A DNA stretch of 64,000 nucleotides. Origin: a virus. Its lineage: Duplodnaviria; Heunggongvirae; Uroviricota; Caudoviricetes. Numbering within the stretch: the stretch's first letter is position 1; each line of letters opens with the position of its first letter. Positions 46,948 to 56,472 of the stretch are shown piece by piece. The position numbers and the translations under genes are program-made. The notes under the pieces are model-generated. The model worked only from the letters and a program-made list of their open reading frames with translations, was not told the DNA's origin and did no database searches. The DNA is taken from IMG/VR virus record IMGVR_UViG_3300042564_004185, positions 15,198-79,197 of that record, one strand, 5' to 3'.

Positions 46948-47399
46948 TGCATTTAGAAAACGGGTATTATGTTTGGAATAAAGGGGAAAGGGTTAAGCTT
47001 TCTGAATATTTTAGTACACAAGAGTTCGATTGTCAGTGTCATTATTCCGACTGTGTTGAGCAAAAAATTTCAGCAGATCTTATAAATAAACTTAGTTTAG
47101 TGCGTATAGAAAATAAAAGTCCTTTGTATATCACTTCGGGGTTTAGATGTGGTAAGCATCAACAGGACTTAAGAAATCAATTAAATAGTGGTAAAAAGTC
47201 TTTGACGGTAGTGGCTAGTAAAGTCTCACAACATGAGCTAGGTAATGCTGCAGATATAAGTCCTAGAATAGGAACAATATCTAAGTTAAGAAAAGTAGTT
47301 GATTTAGTGTTTGATAGTATCGGTTTGGCGAAAACATTTTTACATGTTGATACCAGACCAAAAAAACAAGATGGATCAAAAAGAATATGGAACTATTAA
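46947..47399 (+). CDS. peptidase M15-family (VanY/L-Ala-D-Glu peptidase-like) endolysin candidate
   Basis: SGFRCGKHQQD, SQHELGNAADI and LHVD match the H-D-H zinc-ligand pattern of M15 peptidoglycan peptidases. Confidence 0.55.
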   Translation: MHLENGYYVWNKGERVKLSEYFSTQEFDCQCHYSDCVEQKISADLINKLSLVRIENKSPLYITSGFRCGKHQQDLRNQLNSGKKSLTVVASKVSQHELGNAADISPRIGTISKLRKVVDLVFDSIGLAKTFLHVDTRPKKQDGSKRIWNY

Positions 47400-47408
47400 C
47401 AACTTATA
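47396..47408 (+). promoter_or_regulatory. ATTAACAACTTAT motif copy
   Basis: Lies between the endolysin candidate and the membrane-protein gene. Confidence 0.3.
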
Positions 47409-47495
47409 ATGAGAGTATTGAAATGGTAATGTCGAGTGTGTCTAGTGACACGAAGAACCAAAGGTCAGCGATTCACACCAACGTAGGTATTCTTT

Positions 47496-47843
47496 TTGGA
47501 GCCTTCTATGAATTTTAGTAAGGTTTTGTCCCACGGGGCTGCGGGACTGTTTGTAGCTCTAGTTGCACTTCAAGTTAAAATAGGATTTGCAACACAGACG
47601 ACGATTCTCAGCGTTGTCCTTATTCTTCTAGCTTTTTATAAAGATTCTGAGTTCAATCGAAATGAACGTAAGGAGATGGAAAAAAAAGCAGCTGTAGCCA
47701 AAGCAGAATTAGAGGATAAGATTAGTAAATTAACTGAGGATTTAAACAATAGAGAAGCCGCTCTTAAAGACAGAATCGAGTTCACTTATTCACAAATGAA
47801 CAGTCTTAAGATTTCCAATGGCTTTAAATCAAAACAAGGATAA
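47496..47843 (+). CDS. membrane protein with two N-terminal TM segments and coiled-coil tail (holin/lysis-associated candidate)
   Basis: GAAGLFVALVALQV and TTILSVVLILLAFY helices. Immediately downstream of the endolysin candidate. Confidence 0.35.
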   Translation: MEPSMNFSKVLSHGAAGLFVALVALQVKIGFATQTTILSVVLILLAFYKDSEFNRNERKEMEKKAAVAKAELEDKISKLTEDLNNREAALKDRIEFTYSQMNSLKISNGFKSKQG

Positions 47844-47846
47844 TTC

Positions 47847-48305
47847 ATGTCTAATAAATCTATCGATAAGATGGCTGCACAATTTACATCTGCTGAAGAA
47901 TTACAAGCATATTGTGACGCACAGTATAAAACAATAATCTCTTTAAATAAAAAGCTAACTGAAAACGAAAGAGAGCTAGAGAAGCTCAGAGATGAAGTTG
48001 AATTGCTTCGTAGTCAAAACACAACGTTAAGTGCTCAAGCTTCTGTTATTGAAAAGAGAGATGGATCAAATCAATTCCAAGTATCGGATGAAGAAACAAC
48101 TTGTATGATCCAATTGGCGATGATTCGCAGTAACGCTATGCAACGTGAATTAAGTAACGAAGAAGCTAAGCGATTTGAAACATTCGCTAAAGTCCTACAT
48201 TTAATTCGTGGTAAAGACGTTAAAAAAGAAGACGATAAGCTCGATAAACTTTCAAGCGATGAATTATTAAAATTAATTGATTCAACCATGAAAGATCCCC
48301 AATAA
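47847..48305 (+). CDS. coiled-coil protein directly upstream of TerL; small terminase subunit candidate
   Basis: 152 aa. Assignment by position only. Confidence 0.3.
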   Translation: MSNKSIDKMAAQFTSAEELQAYCDAQYKTIISLNKKLTENERELEKLRDEVELLRSQNTTLSAQASVIEKRDGSNQFQVSDEETTCMIQLAMIRSNAMQRELSNEEAKRFETFAKVLHLIRGKDVKKEDDKLDKLSSDELLKLIDSTMKDPQ

Positions 48306-48308
48306 TAA

Positions 48309-49790
48309 ATGAACCAACAAAAATCTCCGAATAAAGCACCTTCTAAAGATGCCATAATCAGAGAGTTATGGACTAGGGGATTACTTGAGTATAAAATGCA
48401 TTCTGTTCAAAAAGAAATGTATGAATTATACAAAGGTGCCAATCCCAATTCGACTTCAGTGTGGTTGCTTGCTCGTCAGTCTGGTAAATCCTACGCATTA
48501 GCATTAATCGCAATTATCGAAGCAATCAAGAATCCTCGATCTATTATTAAGATAATGACAGATACCAAAGTACACATGGAAGATGTGTTAATTCCAATTG
48601 TTGAACAAATTTTAGAGGATTGCCCAGAAGATTTAAAGCCGACTTATAATAAGCAAAGATTTCGTTATACATTTGGTAATGGTTCTCAAATTCAATTAGC
48701 GGGATCGGATGCTGGTAACGCTGAACGATTAAGGGGTCAAAAGTCATTACTTGTTATCGTGGATGAGGCTGGATTCTGTACAGATCTTAGAAAGATCGTG
48801 CAAACCATATTATTACCGACAACCACTCACACTGGTGGTAAACTAATTCTTTCATCTACTCCACCGGAAGAACCTGATCATGATTTCAATGGCTATGTTG
48901 AAGCTTCTGAAATTGAAGGCACATTAACAAAAAAGACAGTGTTTGATAACCCTCTTTTAAATGAAGAACAAATTAAAAACATTATAGCTAGATATCCCGG
49001 TGGTGTTAACGATGTTGACTTTAGACGAGAATATATGTGTGAAATGCTCAAGAACTTCAGTAGGTCTGTGTTCCCTGAGGTTGATAAAGAGCTTTTAGCC
49101 AAAATTGTCAAAGAACACCCAAAACCAGCTTTCTATACCCCATACGTTTCTATGGATATAGGATTTAAAGATTTAACGGTTGTTTTGTTCGGTTATTATG
49201 ATTTTAAATCAAATAAATTGATAATTGAGGATGAAATCGTTAAAAGAGGCGAAGAACTGCATTTAGAGAAGTTTTCTAGTGAAATATTGAAAAAAGAAGA
49301 CTTTTTGTGGACAAATATACTAACAAATGAAAAAACAGATCCCAAGGTCAGGGTTTCAGATATCGAACCAATTGTCACTCAAGAAATATATAGACATTCA
49401 AGTAATCAACTTTATTTCACTCCTGTAACCAAAGAAAGAGGCTATAAACAACCTTTGATTAACCAAGTACGAATGATGCTTGTTAGTGGTCAAATTGTAA
49501 TAAATCCAAGGTGTTCTGTGTTGATCAGGCACCTTGCGAATTGCCGTTGGAAGGACAATTCAAGAGATGAATTTGCTAGAAGCATGGGTGAAAACTCACA
49601 CTATGATGCCGCAGATGCATTAATTTACATGGTTAAAGTTGTTGATTTTACACACAATCCATTCCCTCAACATCACGATGCTTCGGCTGCTACCCACTTC
49701 TTTAAAAGAGGAACCCCCTCGTTAACCAAGAAAATGGATACAACGGTTGAAGTGTTTAAGTCTATATACTCCCGTAAAAATAGAAAATAA
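48309..49790 (+). CDS. terL: terminase large subunit
   Basis: Walker A LLARQSGKSY (terminase RQxGKS type), Walker B LLVIVDEAGF, then an acidic RNaseH-like nuclease region. Confidence 0.8.
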   Translation: MNQQKSPNKAPSKDAIIRELWTRGLLEYKMHSVQKEMYELYKGANPNSTSVWLLARQSGKSYALALIAIIEAIKNPRSIIKIMTDTKVHMEDVLIPIVEQILEDCPEDLKPTYNKQRFRYTFGNGSQIQLAGSDAGNAERLRGQKSLLVIVDEAGFCTDLRKIVQTILLPTTTHTGGKLILSSTPPEEPDHDFNGYVEASEIEGTLTKKTVFDNPLLNEEQIKNIIARYPGGVNDVDFRREYMCEMLKNFSRSVFPEVDKELLAKIVKEHPKPAFYTPYVSMDIGFKDLTVVLFGYYDFKSNKLIIEDEIVKRGEELHLEKFSSEILKKEDFLWTNILTNEKTDPKVRVSDIEPIVTQEIYRHSSNQLYFTPVTKERGYKQPLINQVRMMLVSGQIVINPRCSVLIRHLANCRWKDNSRDEFARSMGENSHYDAADALIYMVKVVDFTHNPFPQHHDASAATHFFKRGTPSLTKKMDTTVEVFKSIYSRKNRK

Positions 49791-49800
49791 AATACATTGT

Positions 49801-49814
49801 TTTTAACAACTAGA
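49801..49814 (+). promoter_or_regulatory. TTTTAACAACTAG motif copy
   Basis: About 35 nt upstream of the ATG at 49848. Confidence 0.4.
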
Positions 49815-49847
49815 AATAGTCGTTCACAATATTTATTAAGGGGTTAT

Positions 49848-50576
49848 ATGCTTAAAAAAATCAGTTACTATTTAAAAAGAACGGCACTAGCACTAATGTG
49901 TGCTATTCTAGTTTGGTCAACACCGCATTTAAAAGATGCTCATTATCGATACATTATCGGAAATCAAGTTGTTAAAATTATTGGAGATACAGGAACGGGG
50001 TCAGGATTCCATATCAAGGCACCTTCAGGTAAAACATACATTTTAACTAATCAACATGTTTGTGCCGTTGCTGATAAAAATCAACAACTTCTAGTTGAAA
50101 ATAGTAGAAAAATGGTTCCTAGACGAGTGATCGCTGTTTATCAAAAACATGATCTGTGTTTAATTGAAGCTTTACCCGGTGAAGATAATGGATTAAGAAT
50201 GGCTAGTTCTATCACTATCGGTGAGGATATTGTACTAATTGGTCATCCTAGTGGTAGACCATTGACTTTATCCAAAGGCGAGTTTGTCCACAAAAAGTTT
50301 ATCCCAATGGTTAATTTAGAAATTAAATCACAAGAAGAATGTGAATTAATCGATGGTAAATGGTTAGAGGGTGGATTTTTTATGCCATCAGTTTGTATTG
50401 AAAAAATTAGTGCTTTCGGTATTTCCAGTCCATCTTATCCCGGTAATTCAGGATCTCCAGTTGTAAATAAATGGGGGAATGTTGTAGGTGTTCTTTTTGC
50501 TGGTAACAGAACTCAGCTTAACGATAGCTACATGGTTCCATTTCATGAATTGAAAAACTTTCTAAAGGACTATTAA
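49848..50576 (+). CDS. trypsin-like (S1) serine protease with N-terminal signal/anchor
   Basis: Start revised to the ATG after an AAGGGG RBS, because the track ORF begins at TTG. Catalytic triad contexts TNQHV (His), HDLCLIE (Asp) and GNSGSPVV (Ser). Confidence 0.6.
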   Translation: MLKKISYYLKRTALALMCAILVWSTPHLKDAHYRYIIGNQVVKIIGDTGTGSGFHIKAPSGKTYILTNQHVCAVADKNQQLLVENSRKMVPRRVIAVYQKHDLCLIEALPGEDNGLRMASSITIGEDIVLIGHPSGRPLTLSKGEFVHKKFIPMVNLEIKSQEECELIDGKWLEGGFFMPSVCIEKISAFGISSPSYPGNSGSPVVNKWGNVVGVLFAGNRTQLNDSYMVPFHELKNFLKDY

Positions 50577-50577
50577 A

Positions 50578-52599
50578 ATGTCAGATTCTAAGGTATATTT
50601 TGCTGCTCGAAGTTCAGCAGATTGTGCATCAGCAATTCTAGAGAAGAGTGCGTCGTTTTTTCAAACAATGCGTTCGAATTCGTATCTAGATAAAATTAGT
50701 CAGATGTGGTATTACTACTATGGTAACTTTAATCAAGAATCAGGTAGCGATGGTCACGAGATAACATTTACTGGTGAACAGGGTGAACTAGTTAAATTAC
50801 CTGTGAATCACTTCAGAAATTTAGCACAAAACATTTATAACATGATCATTGCTAATCGTCCTGTCTTAGAGGCTAGGGCGATTAATTCTGATTATAAAGC
50901 ATTATCTCAAACATACCTAGCTAATGGTATTTTAGATTATTACATGCGTGAGAAAGGCTTAGAAGAAGCAATTAATGAATGTGTTGAAATGGCAATCGTT
51001 CTTGGTTCATCTTATATTAAAATGGATTGGAACGCAATGGGTGGGGATTTTTATGAAGAAGATCCAGAGACAGGCGAACCAGTATTTGAAGGCGAGCTAG
51101 AGTTTTCGGTTCTTAGCCCTCTTGATGTCATAGTAGATGGGACAAAAGAAAGATGGAATCACGAATGGATCACAACAAGGACTTACATAAATAAGTATAA
51201 CCTTATCGCCAAGTATCCTGAGTTCGCAGATAAGATTGCCGGGATCATGACAAAGAATGAAAACCTACAATCTAGAATGGGTTATTTTTCTAATGACACA
51301 ACTGACGATATTCCAGTTTATGAATTTTTTCATAAAAGAACAGCTGCGATGCCTGATGGTCGTTATATGGTATTCTTGGATTCAGATATCGTATTGATTG
51401 ATGTTCCTCTTCCTTATCGTGAGATTCCTATATTTCGTTTAGCACCTGCTAATATTATGGGAACTCCTTATGGTTATACCAATATGTTTGATATCTATCC
51501 GTTACAAGAAGCAATTAATGCTTTGATGTCGGGTGCCTTAACAAACCAAAATGCTTTCATGGTTCAGTCCGTATTTATTCCGAGAGGAGCAGATATTACA
51601 ACTGATCAAATCGAAGGTATGAATATTATTGAAGCAAATGCTAAACCGGAACCAATTCAATTAACTCAAACTCCTCCTGAGGTTTTTGAAATGGTAAAGG
51701 GACTTATACAAACAGCGGAAATGTTATCTGGCGTTAGCTCGGTAACAAGAGGGCAGCCTGAAGCGTCTTTAAGATCAGCTCAGGCTTTAGCTCTCGTACA
51801 ATCGATGTCACTTCAATTCCAATCCGGATTTCAACAAAATTACGTTAAATTTTTAGAAAATACAGGAACTTGTTTAATTGAAATCTTAAAGGATTTTGCA
51901 TACACTCCTAAACTTATCGCACTAGTTGGAAGAAATAAGAGATCACTTCTTAAAGAATTCCGTGGTGATATGATTCGTGATATTAAAAAAGTAATTGTCG
52001 ATGTTGGTAATCCTTTGAGCAGAACAACAGCAGGAAGAGTGCAGATGGCAGATCAACTTGCTCAAATGAAGCTTATTAAAAATCCTCAACAATATTTTAT
52101 GGTTATGGAAACCGGAAGATTAGATACTCTAATTGAAGGTGACATTAGTGATTTACTTTTAATTAAAAGAGAAAATGAATGGTTATTGGAAGGTAAAGAT
52201 GTCTTTGCCAATCCTCTCGATCAACATAGAATGCACATAATGGAACACCGTGCGGTGATAAATGATCCAGAGCTAAGACAAAATCCAGAACTATTATCTA
52301 AAGTTCAAACACACTTACAAGAACATATTGATCTATTGAGAACTGTTGATCCTGATTTATTAATGCTTATTAATGAACAACCACTACAAGATCAAATGAT
52401 GCCACAACAAGCCCCTATGCCGGGACAACCGGGGGGTCCAATGGGTAACGCTTCTGTTATTCAACAAGGATCAGTAAATGAAATGATGAACCCGGGAGTT
52501 ATGGGTGGACAAGCTGAAGCAACTGAATTAGTTGGTAATCAGCCCGAAGTTCCTGCTGAAGTATTACCTAATCCAAATTTAGAACCGAGAGCTAGGTAG
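50578..52599 (+). CDS. portal protein candidate
   Basis: 673 aa placed after TerL and the protease, with a Q/P/M-rich tail. Assignment by size and position. Confidence 0.45.
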   Translation: MSDSKVYFAARSSADCASAILEKSASFFQTMRSNSYLDKISQMWYYYYGNFNQESGSDGHEITFTGEQGELVKLPVNHFRNLAQNIYNMIIANRPVLEARAINSDYKALSQTYLANGILDYYMREKGLEEAINECVEMAIVLGSSYIKMDWNAMGGDFYEEDPETGEPVFEGELEFSVLSPLDVIVDGTKERWNHEWITTRTYINKYNLIAKYPEFADKIAGIMTKNENLQSRMGYFSNDTTDDIPVYEFFHKRTAAMPDGRYMVFLDSDIVLIDVPLPYREIPIFRLAPANIMGTPYGYTNMFDIYPLQEAINALMSGALTNQNAFMVQSVFIPRGADITTDQIEGMNIIEANAKPEPIQLTQTPPEVFEMVKGLIQTAEMLSGVSSVTRGQPEASLRSAQALALVQSMSLQFQSGFQQNYVKFLENTGTCLIEILKDFAYTPKLIALVGRNKRSLLKEFRGDMIRDIKKVIVDVGNPLSRTTAGRVQMADQLAQMKLIKNPQQYFMVMETGRLDTLIEGDISDLLLIKRENEWLLEGKDVFANPLDQHRMHIMEHRAVINDPELRQNPELLSKVQTHLQEHIDLLRTVDPDLLMLINEQPLQDQMMPQQAPMPGQPGGPMGNASVIQQGSVNEMMNPGVMGGQAEATELVGNQPEVPAEVLPNPNLEPRAR

Positions 52600-52601
52600 G
52601 T

Positions 52602-53390
52602 ATGAATAAGCTTTTACAATTGATACAAGATCAAGAACGAGATGATTACGTAACTAAAGAAGTAGAAGACGTATACAATGCCATTGCTGAAAAAACAGGT
52701 AGAACTCCAGAAGAGATAGCAAAAATAGGTGGAATGGAATCACAACATGGTAAGTATTCTGAGAATATGGCAGGATCAAGAGCTAAGGGTCTTTTTCAAT
52801 TAATGCCACAAACAGTCAAGGATTTGTCTTCAAATGGATCACCTGAATCATTAAACACACAAGAAGAAGTCATGTCTAGACTTTTACAAGAAAATCAAAA
52901 AAAGCTAGGTCAAGATTCATCTATTGAAGATTTATATTTGTTACATAACCAAGGATTAGGTAAAGGTAAAAAATTAATCGCAGCTAATGAAGATGAGCCA
53001 GTAAGTGACATCCTTTCTAGACAAATAATAAATGCAAATCCTGCTCTTTATAAAAACAAAACAGTCGGTCAAGCTAAAGAATCAATCAAAGACATGTTAG
53101 ATGAAAAAGGATCTAATTTTAAATTTAGATCTAAAATCGAGGATTTATTTACTGAAGACCAAATACCGAAAAGCGCAGGTACACCAGAAAATCCTAATTC
53201 TCAATTGATAGATGAAAGTAATATACTAAATGATTTGGTCCAATATTTAATTGATAGTCGCGATAGAAATATTGATAAAAAAGAACAACTTAAAAAAACA
53301 GAAGAACAAAATAAGTTTTTTGAAGAATTGAATAAACTAAAAAAAGAAAGAGCTGAAAAGGTAAAGAAAAAGTATGGCGGAGAGATTTAA
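52602..53390 (+). CDS. lytic transglycosylase (SLT domain) protein, likely virion-associated
   Basis: GGMESQHG (catalytic Glu-Ser) ... AKGLFQLMPQT is the SLT signature. Confidence 0.6.
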   Translation: MNKLLQLIQDQERDDYVTKEVEDVYNAIAEKTGRTPEEIAKIGGMESQHGKYSENMAGSRAKGLFQLMPQTVKDLSSNGSPESLNTQEEVMSRLLQENQKKLGQDSSIEDLYLLHNQGLGKGKKLIAANEDEPVSDILSRQIINANPALYKNKTVGQAKESIKDMLDEKGSNFKFRSKIEDLFTEDQIPKSAGTPENPNSQLIDESNILNDLVQYLIDSRDRNIDKKEQLKKTEEQNKFFEELNKLKKERAEKVKKKYGGEI

Positions 53391-53652
53391 AAGTGTCAAG
53401 AGTCGGTTGAAGTGTAATCAACCAGTTAAGTCATCTAGACCGGGAAAAAAGAAAATGGTTAAAGCTTGTGAGAATGGTCAAGAGAAGTTGGTTCATTTTG
53501 GGGCTGAAGGATATAAACATAACTATTCACCGGAAGCTAAAAAATCATTTAGAGCTAGACATTCTTGTGATGAGAAAAAAAGTAAATTAAGTGCTCAATA
53601 TTGGGCATGTCGTAATTTATGGGGAAAAAATAAAAAAATTGGTGAAAAATGA
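53374..53652 (+). CDS. small basic Cys-containing protein
   Basis: 92 aa, K-rich. Confidence 0.3.
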   Translation: MAERFKSVKSRLKCNQPVKSSRPGKKKMVKACENGQEKLVHFGAEGYKHNYSPEAKKSFRARHSCDEKKSKLSAQYWACRNLWGKNKKIGEK

Positions 53653-53780
53653 AAAGTAACGATTTTCAAAATTTAAAACCTTTAATGAAGGAAAAGTACG
53701 CTCGGTTAAAAAAGAAATTAAAGAAAGAACCGAAGTGTGGCTGTGAATTAAAACAATGTCCTTGTGAAAAAAGTAAAAAA
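53649..53780 (+). CDS. 43-aa basic Cys-rich mini-protein
   Basis: My own translation gives MKSNDFQNLKPLMKEKYARLKKKLKKEPKCGCELKQCPCEKSKK. Confidence 0.2.
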
Positions 53781-53785
53781 TAAAT

Positions 53786-54091
53786 ATGACTAATAGAACA
53801 AGATTAGACGCAAACCAAGTAATTAAAAATGTCTATAATGAAAATATAGAAGCTTTAGAAACAGTCGGTGCATTTGATGAAATCCAATCTGTTTTTCTAG
53901 AGTCAATAGAAGAAAGTGTAAAAAAACAAGCTGAGCAAGTTAATTGGGATGAAATCATTACAACATTTCCAGCAACCAATGCTGAGCTATATACATACAA
54001 ATTAAATAGTGTAGTTGTAAAAACTGTAACTGTTATATACGAAAACGATACAAAGAAAACTATACTATCAATACAAAAAACGAGTTATTAA
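53786..54091 (+). CDS. hypothetical structural-module protein
   Basis: 101-aa ORF. Confidence 0.35.
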   Translation: MTNRTRLDANQVIKNVYNENIEALETVGAFDEIQSVFLESIEESVKKQAEQVNWDEIITTFPATNAELYTYKLNSVVVKTVTVIYENDTKKTILSIQKTSY

Positions 54092-54282
54092 TGCCTTGGA
54101 GATTTGATCCGTTTTTAGTTGATCTTGTTTGGGTTCCACCTGTTCAGACGATAACTGAACTAGCCGATATTAATTTTGGTGATCAATCAGGTGGTGATCT
54201 AGCAGTTGACGCAGGGGATCGAACCAATGATATCTCGAACATAGACCAAGGTTTAAGAGTTTTTGACGATGGCAATATTTAA
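54091..54282 (+). CDS. hypothetical acidic protein
   Basis: 63-aa ORF. Confidence 0.3.
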   Translation: MPWRFDPFLVDLVWVPPVQTITELADINFGDQSGGDLAVDAGDRTNDISNIDQGLRVFDDGNI

Positions 54283-54652
54283 AGCACCAAAAATAACAAC
54301 TATACAAAGACAGACACTACTTTTAGATGTCAGTGAACTTGTATACGATGTTGATCAAAATATATTCTACGGTGGAGATGGTGTAACAGTTGGTGGGTTG
54401 CCAATTGGTTCAAACGTAGGAACAAGTATACAACCGCAGAGAATAGAATTAACACAACAAGACATAGAAAATAAATACGTAACTTTAAATATAGCCCCAC
54501 TATATCCGAATACAGTCAGTTTAACATGCGAGAATGGAATTCCACAAATAAATGGAGTGGATTTTATTGTCAATGGAAACATCTTAAGCTGGGATGGATT
54601 AGGATTAGACAATTTTTTAGATAATACAGATGTACTGATAGTTCAGTACTAG
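54263..54652 (+). CDS. hypothetical structural-module protein
   Basis: 129-aa ORF. Confidence 0.35.
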   Translation: MTMAIFKAPKITTIQRQTLLLDVSELVYDVDQNIFYGGDGVTVGGLPIGSNVGTSIQPQRIELTQQDIENKYVTLNIAPLYPNTVSLTCENGIPQINGVDFIVNGNILSWDGLGLDNFLDNTDVLIVQY

Positions 54653-56391
54653 TGATCCATAAAGGAGGATACATTATGGCACAACAAATTAAAAAGAAGT
54701 TTATCGGTTCTGACCAAATCGATGGCTCGAAGATCAAATTATTAGAAGGTCAATCAATTAGAGGTACTAATTCTCTAGGTCAAGAAGTTGATTTAGTTAA
54801 AATTAGTTCTCAAGACAAAGTTGAAGTTTTAGGTCAAGAAGTTGCTCTAAAATCAGAACTAACTCAAGAATCACAAGACAGACAAGCAGGGGACGCAGCT
54901 ACATTAGCTTCTGCCCAATCTTATGCTGATCAAAAAGTCGCTGATCTCGTTAATTCTGCTCCAGAAGTTCTTGATACATTAAAAGAACTTTCTGATGCTC
55001 TTGGTGGAGATGCAAACTTTGCGGCAACTGTTGCTGGTCAAATCGGTGCTGTTGACGACAGAGTTGATCAAGAAATTTCGGATCGTCAAGCGAGTGATCA
55101 AGCTCTTAGTACAAGATTAGCAGTTCTTGAAGCAGATCCTGTAACTAAAGCATATGTTGACGAAGCCGACATGATGCTAGAAAGTCAATTAGAACAGAGT
55201 ATTGAATCAGCGTTAAATCAAGCTTTATTAATTAGCGGTGTTCGTGGAATGGAAGGAAACCTCATAATGGGGGACGAAACCGGAGTAATGCATAAAATTG
55301 TTGCATTAGGTGACGGTGTTTCAGCACACGATGCGGTTAATAAAGGTCAACTTGATTCAGTTGAAGATTCGTTAGAATCACAAATTGAAACTGCTGAGCA
55401 AATGCTCCAACAAGCTATTCAAGCTGAACAATCTCGTGCAAGCCAAGCAGAACAAGATCTTGACTCTAGACTTGATATTGTAGAACCAAAAGTATCTACA
55501 TTAGAGTCAGAGATGGATATGGTTGAAATGGCTATTCAAGCCGAGCAAACCAGAGCTTCAATGGCTGAGCAGGATTTGGATGGTAGACTTGACATTTTGG
55601 AACCTAAGGTTTCTACTTTAGAATCTGAAATGGACATGGTTGAGATGGCTATTCAGGCTGAGCAGTCTCGTGCTTCTCAAGCTGAACAGGATTTAGATGC
55701 TCGTCTTGATATTCTTGAGCCTAAAGTTTCTACTTTAGAATCTGAAATGGATATGGTTGAGCAATCTGTTCAAGCTGAACAAGCTGCTAGAATTGCTGCC
55801 GATGCTGCATTACAAGCTCAAATTGATGCACTAGATACTGGATTTGTAACTGAAGCTGAATTAGCCAGTGCTGTTGCTTCTCTTGAATCACAAATCGACG
55901 ATGTTGATGGTTATGCACAAGAAATTCGTTCAGATTTAGATAATTTAGACGGTTATGCACAAGAAATTCGTTCAGATTTAGATCAAGAAATTATTGATAG
56001 ACAAGAAGGTGATTCACAAACACTTTCTAGTGCCAATGATTACACAGATACTGAAATCAGCGGTCTTGAATCATCGTTACAATCTGAAATTGGTGATCTT
56101 CAATCACAAATCAATACAGAAAAAGCACGTATTGATATTTTAGAAGCTAAAGGTTATTCTAAGAGTTCTGTAACTGTTGGTGCTGAACTTTCTTTCATTG
56201 ATCTTGACAGAGAATATGGTATTCTTCTTTCAGTATCAGTGGGGCGTTTGATGGTTCACGAAGGTGAAGACTTCACTGTGTCTGTTGTCGGTGGTAAAAC
56301 TCGCTTAACTTGGATTGGCTCTTTAGTTAACCCAAGTGGAGAGGAAGCTATCGAGACTGGCGATAAAGTTTTCTTTTCTGGTGCTTTTTAA
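54652..56391 (+). CDS. fibre protein with internal coiled-coil tandem repeats
   Basis: Three tandem 40-aa repeats (IQAEQSRASQAEQDLDSRLDIVEPKVSTLESEMDMVEMA) and a 15-aa doublet (DGYAQEIRSDLDNL). Q/E-rich, with a beta-rich C-terminus. Confidence 0.5.
   Translation: MIHKGGYIMAQQIKKKFIGSDQIDGSKIKLLEGQSIRGTNSLGQEVDLVKISSQDKVEVLGQEVALKSELTQESQDRQAGDAATLASAQSYADQKVADLVNSAPEVLDTLKELSDALGGDANFAATVAGQIGAVDDRVDQEISDRQASDQALSTRLAVLEADPVTKAYVDEADMMLESQLEQSIESALNQALLISGVRGMEGNLIMGDETGVMHKIVALGDGVSAHDAVNKGQLDSVEDSLESQIETAEQMLQQAIQAEQSRASQAEQDLDSRLDIVEPKVSTLESEMDMVEMAIQAEQTRASMAEQDLDGRLDILEPKVSTLESEMDMVEMAIQAEQSRASQAEQDLDARLDILEPKVSTLESEMDMVEQSVQAEQAARIAADAALQAQIDALDTGFVTEAELASAVASLESQIDDVDGYAQEIRSDLDNLDGYAQEIRSDLDQEIIDRQEGDSQTLSSANDYTDTEISGLESSLQSEIGDLQSQINTEKARIDILEAKGYSKSSVTVGAELSFIDLDREYGILLSVSVGRLMVHEGEDFTVSVVGGKTRLTWIGSLVNPSGEEAIETGDKVFFSGAF
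55420..55780 (+). repeat. 3 x 120-bp intragenic tandem repeat
   Basis: The encoded 40-aa units are near-identical, while the DNA copies differ at synonymous sites. Confidence 0.6.
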
Positions 56392-56403
56392 GGTAATTAA
56401 CAC

Positions 56404-56431
56404 GGAGAGGCTACATGCCTCTCCTTTTTTG
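56404..56431 (+). terminator. rho-independent terminator
   Basis: ggagaggc-tacat-gcctctcc followed by tttttt. Confidence 0.6.
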
Positions 56432-56472
56432 TACGGTAATATGACCGAAACGTACACGGTCGAGGAGAAATT

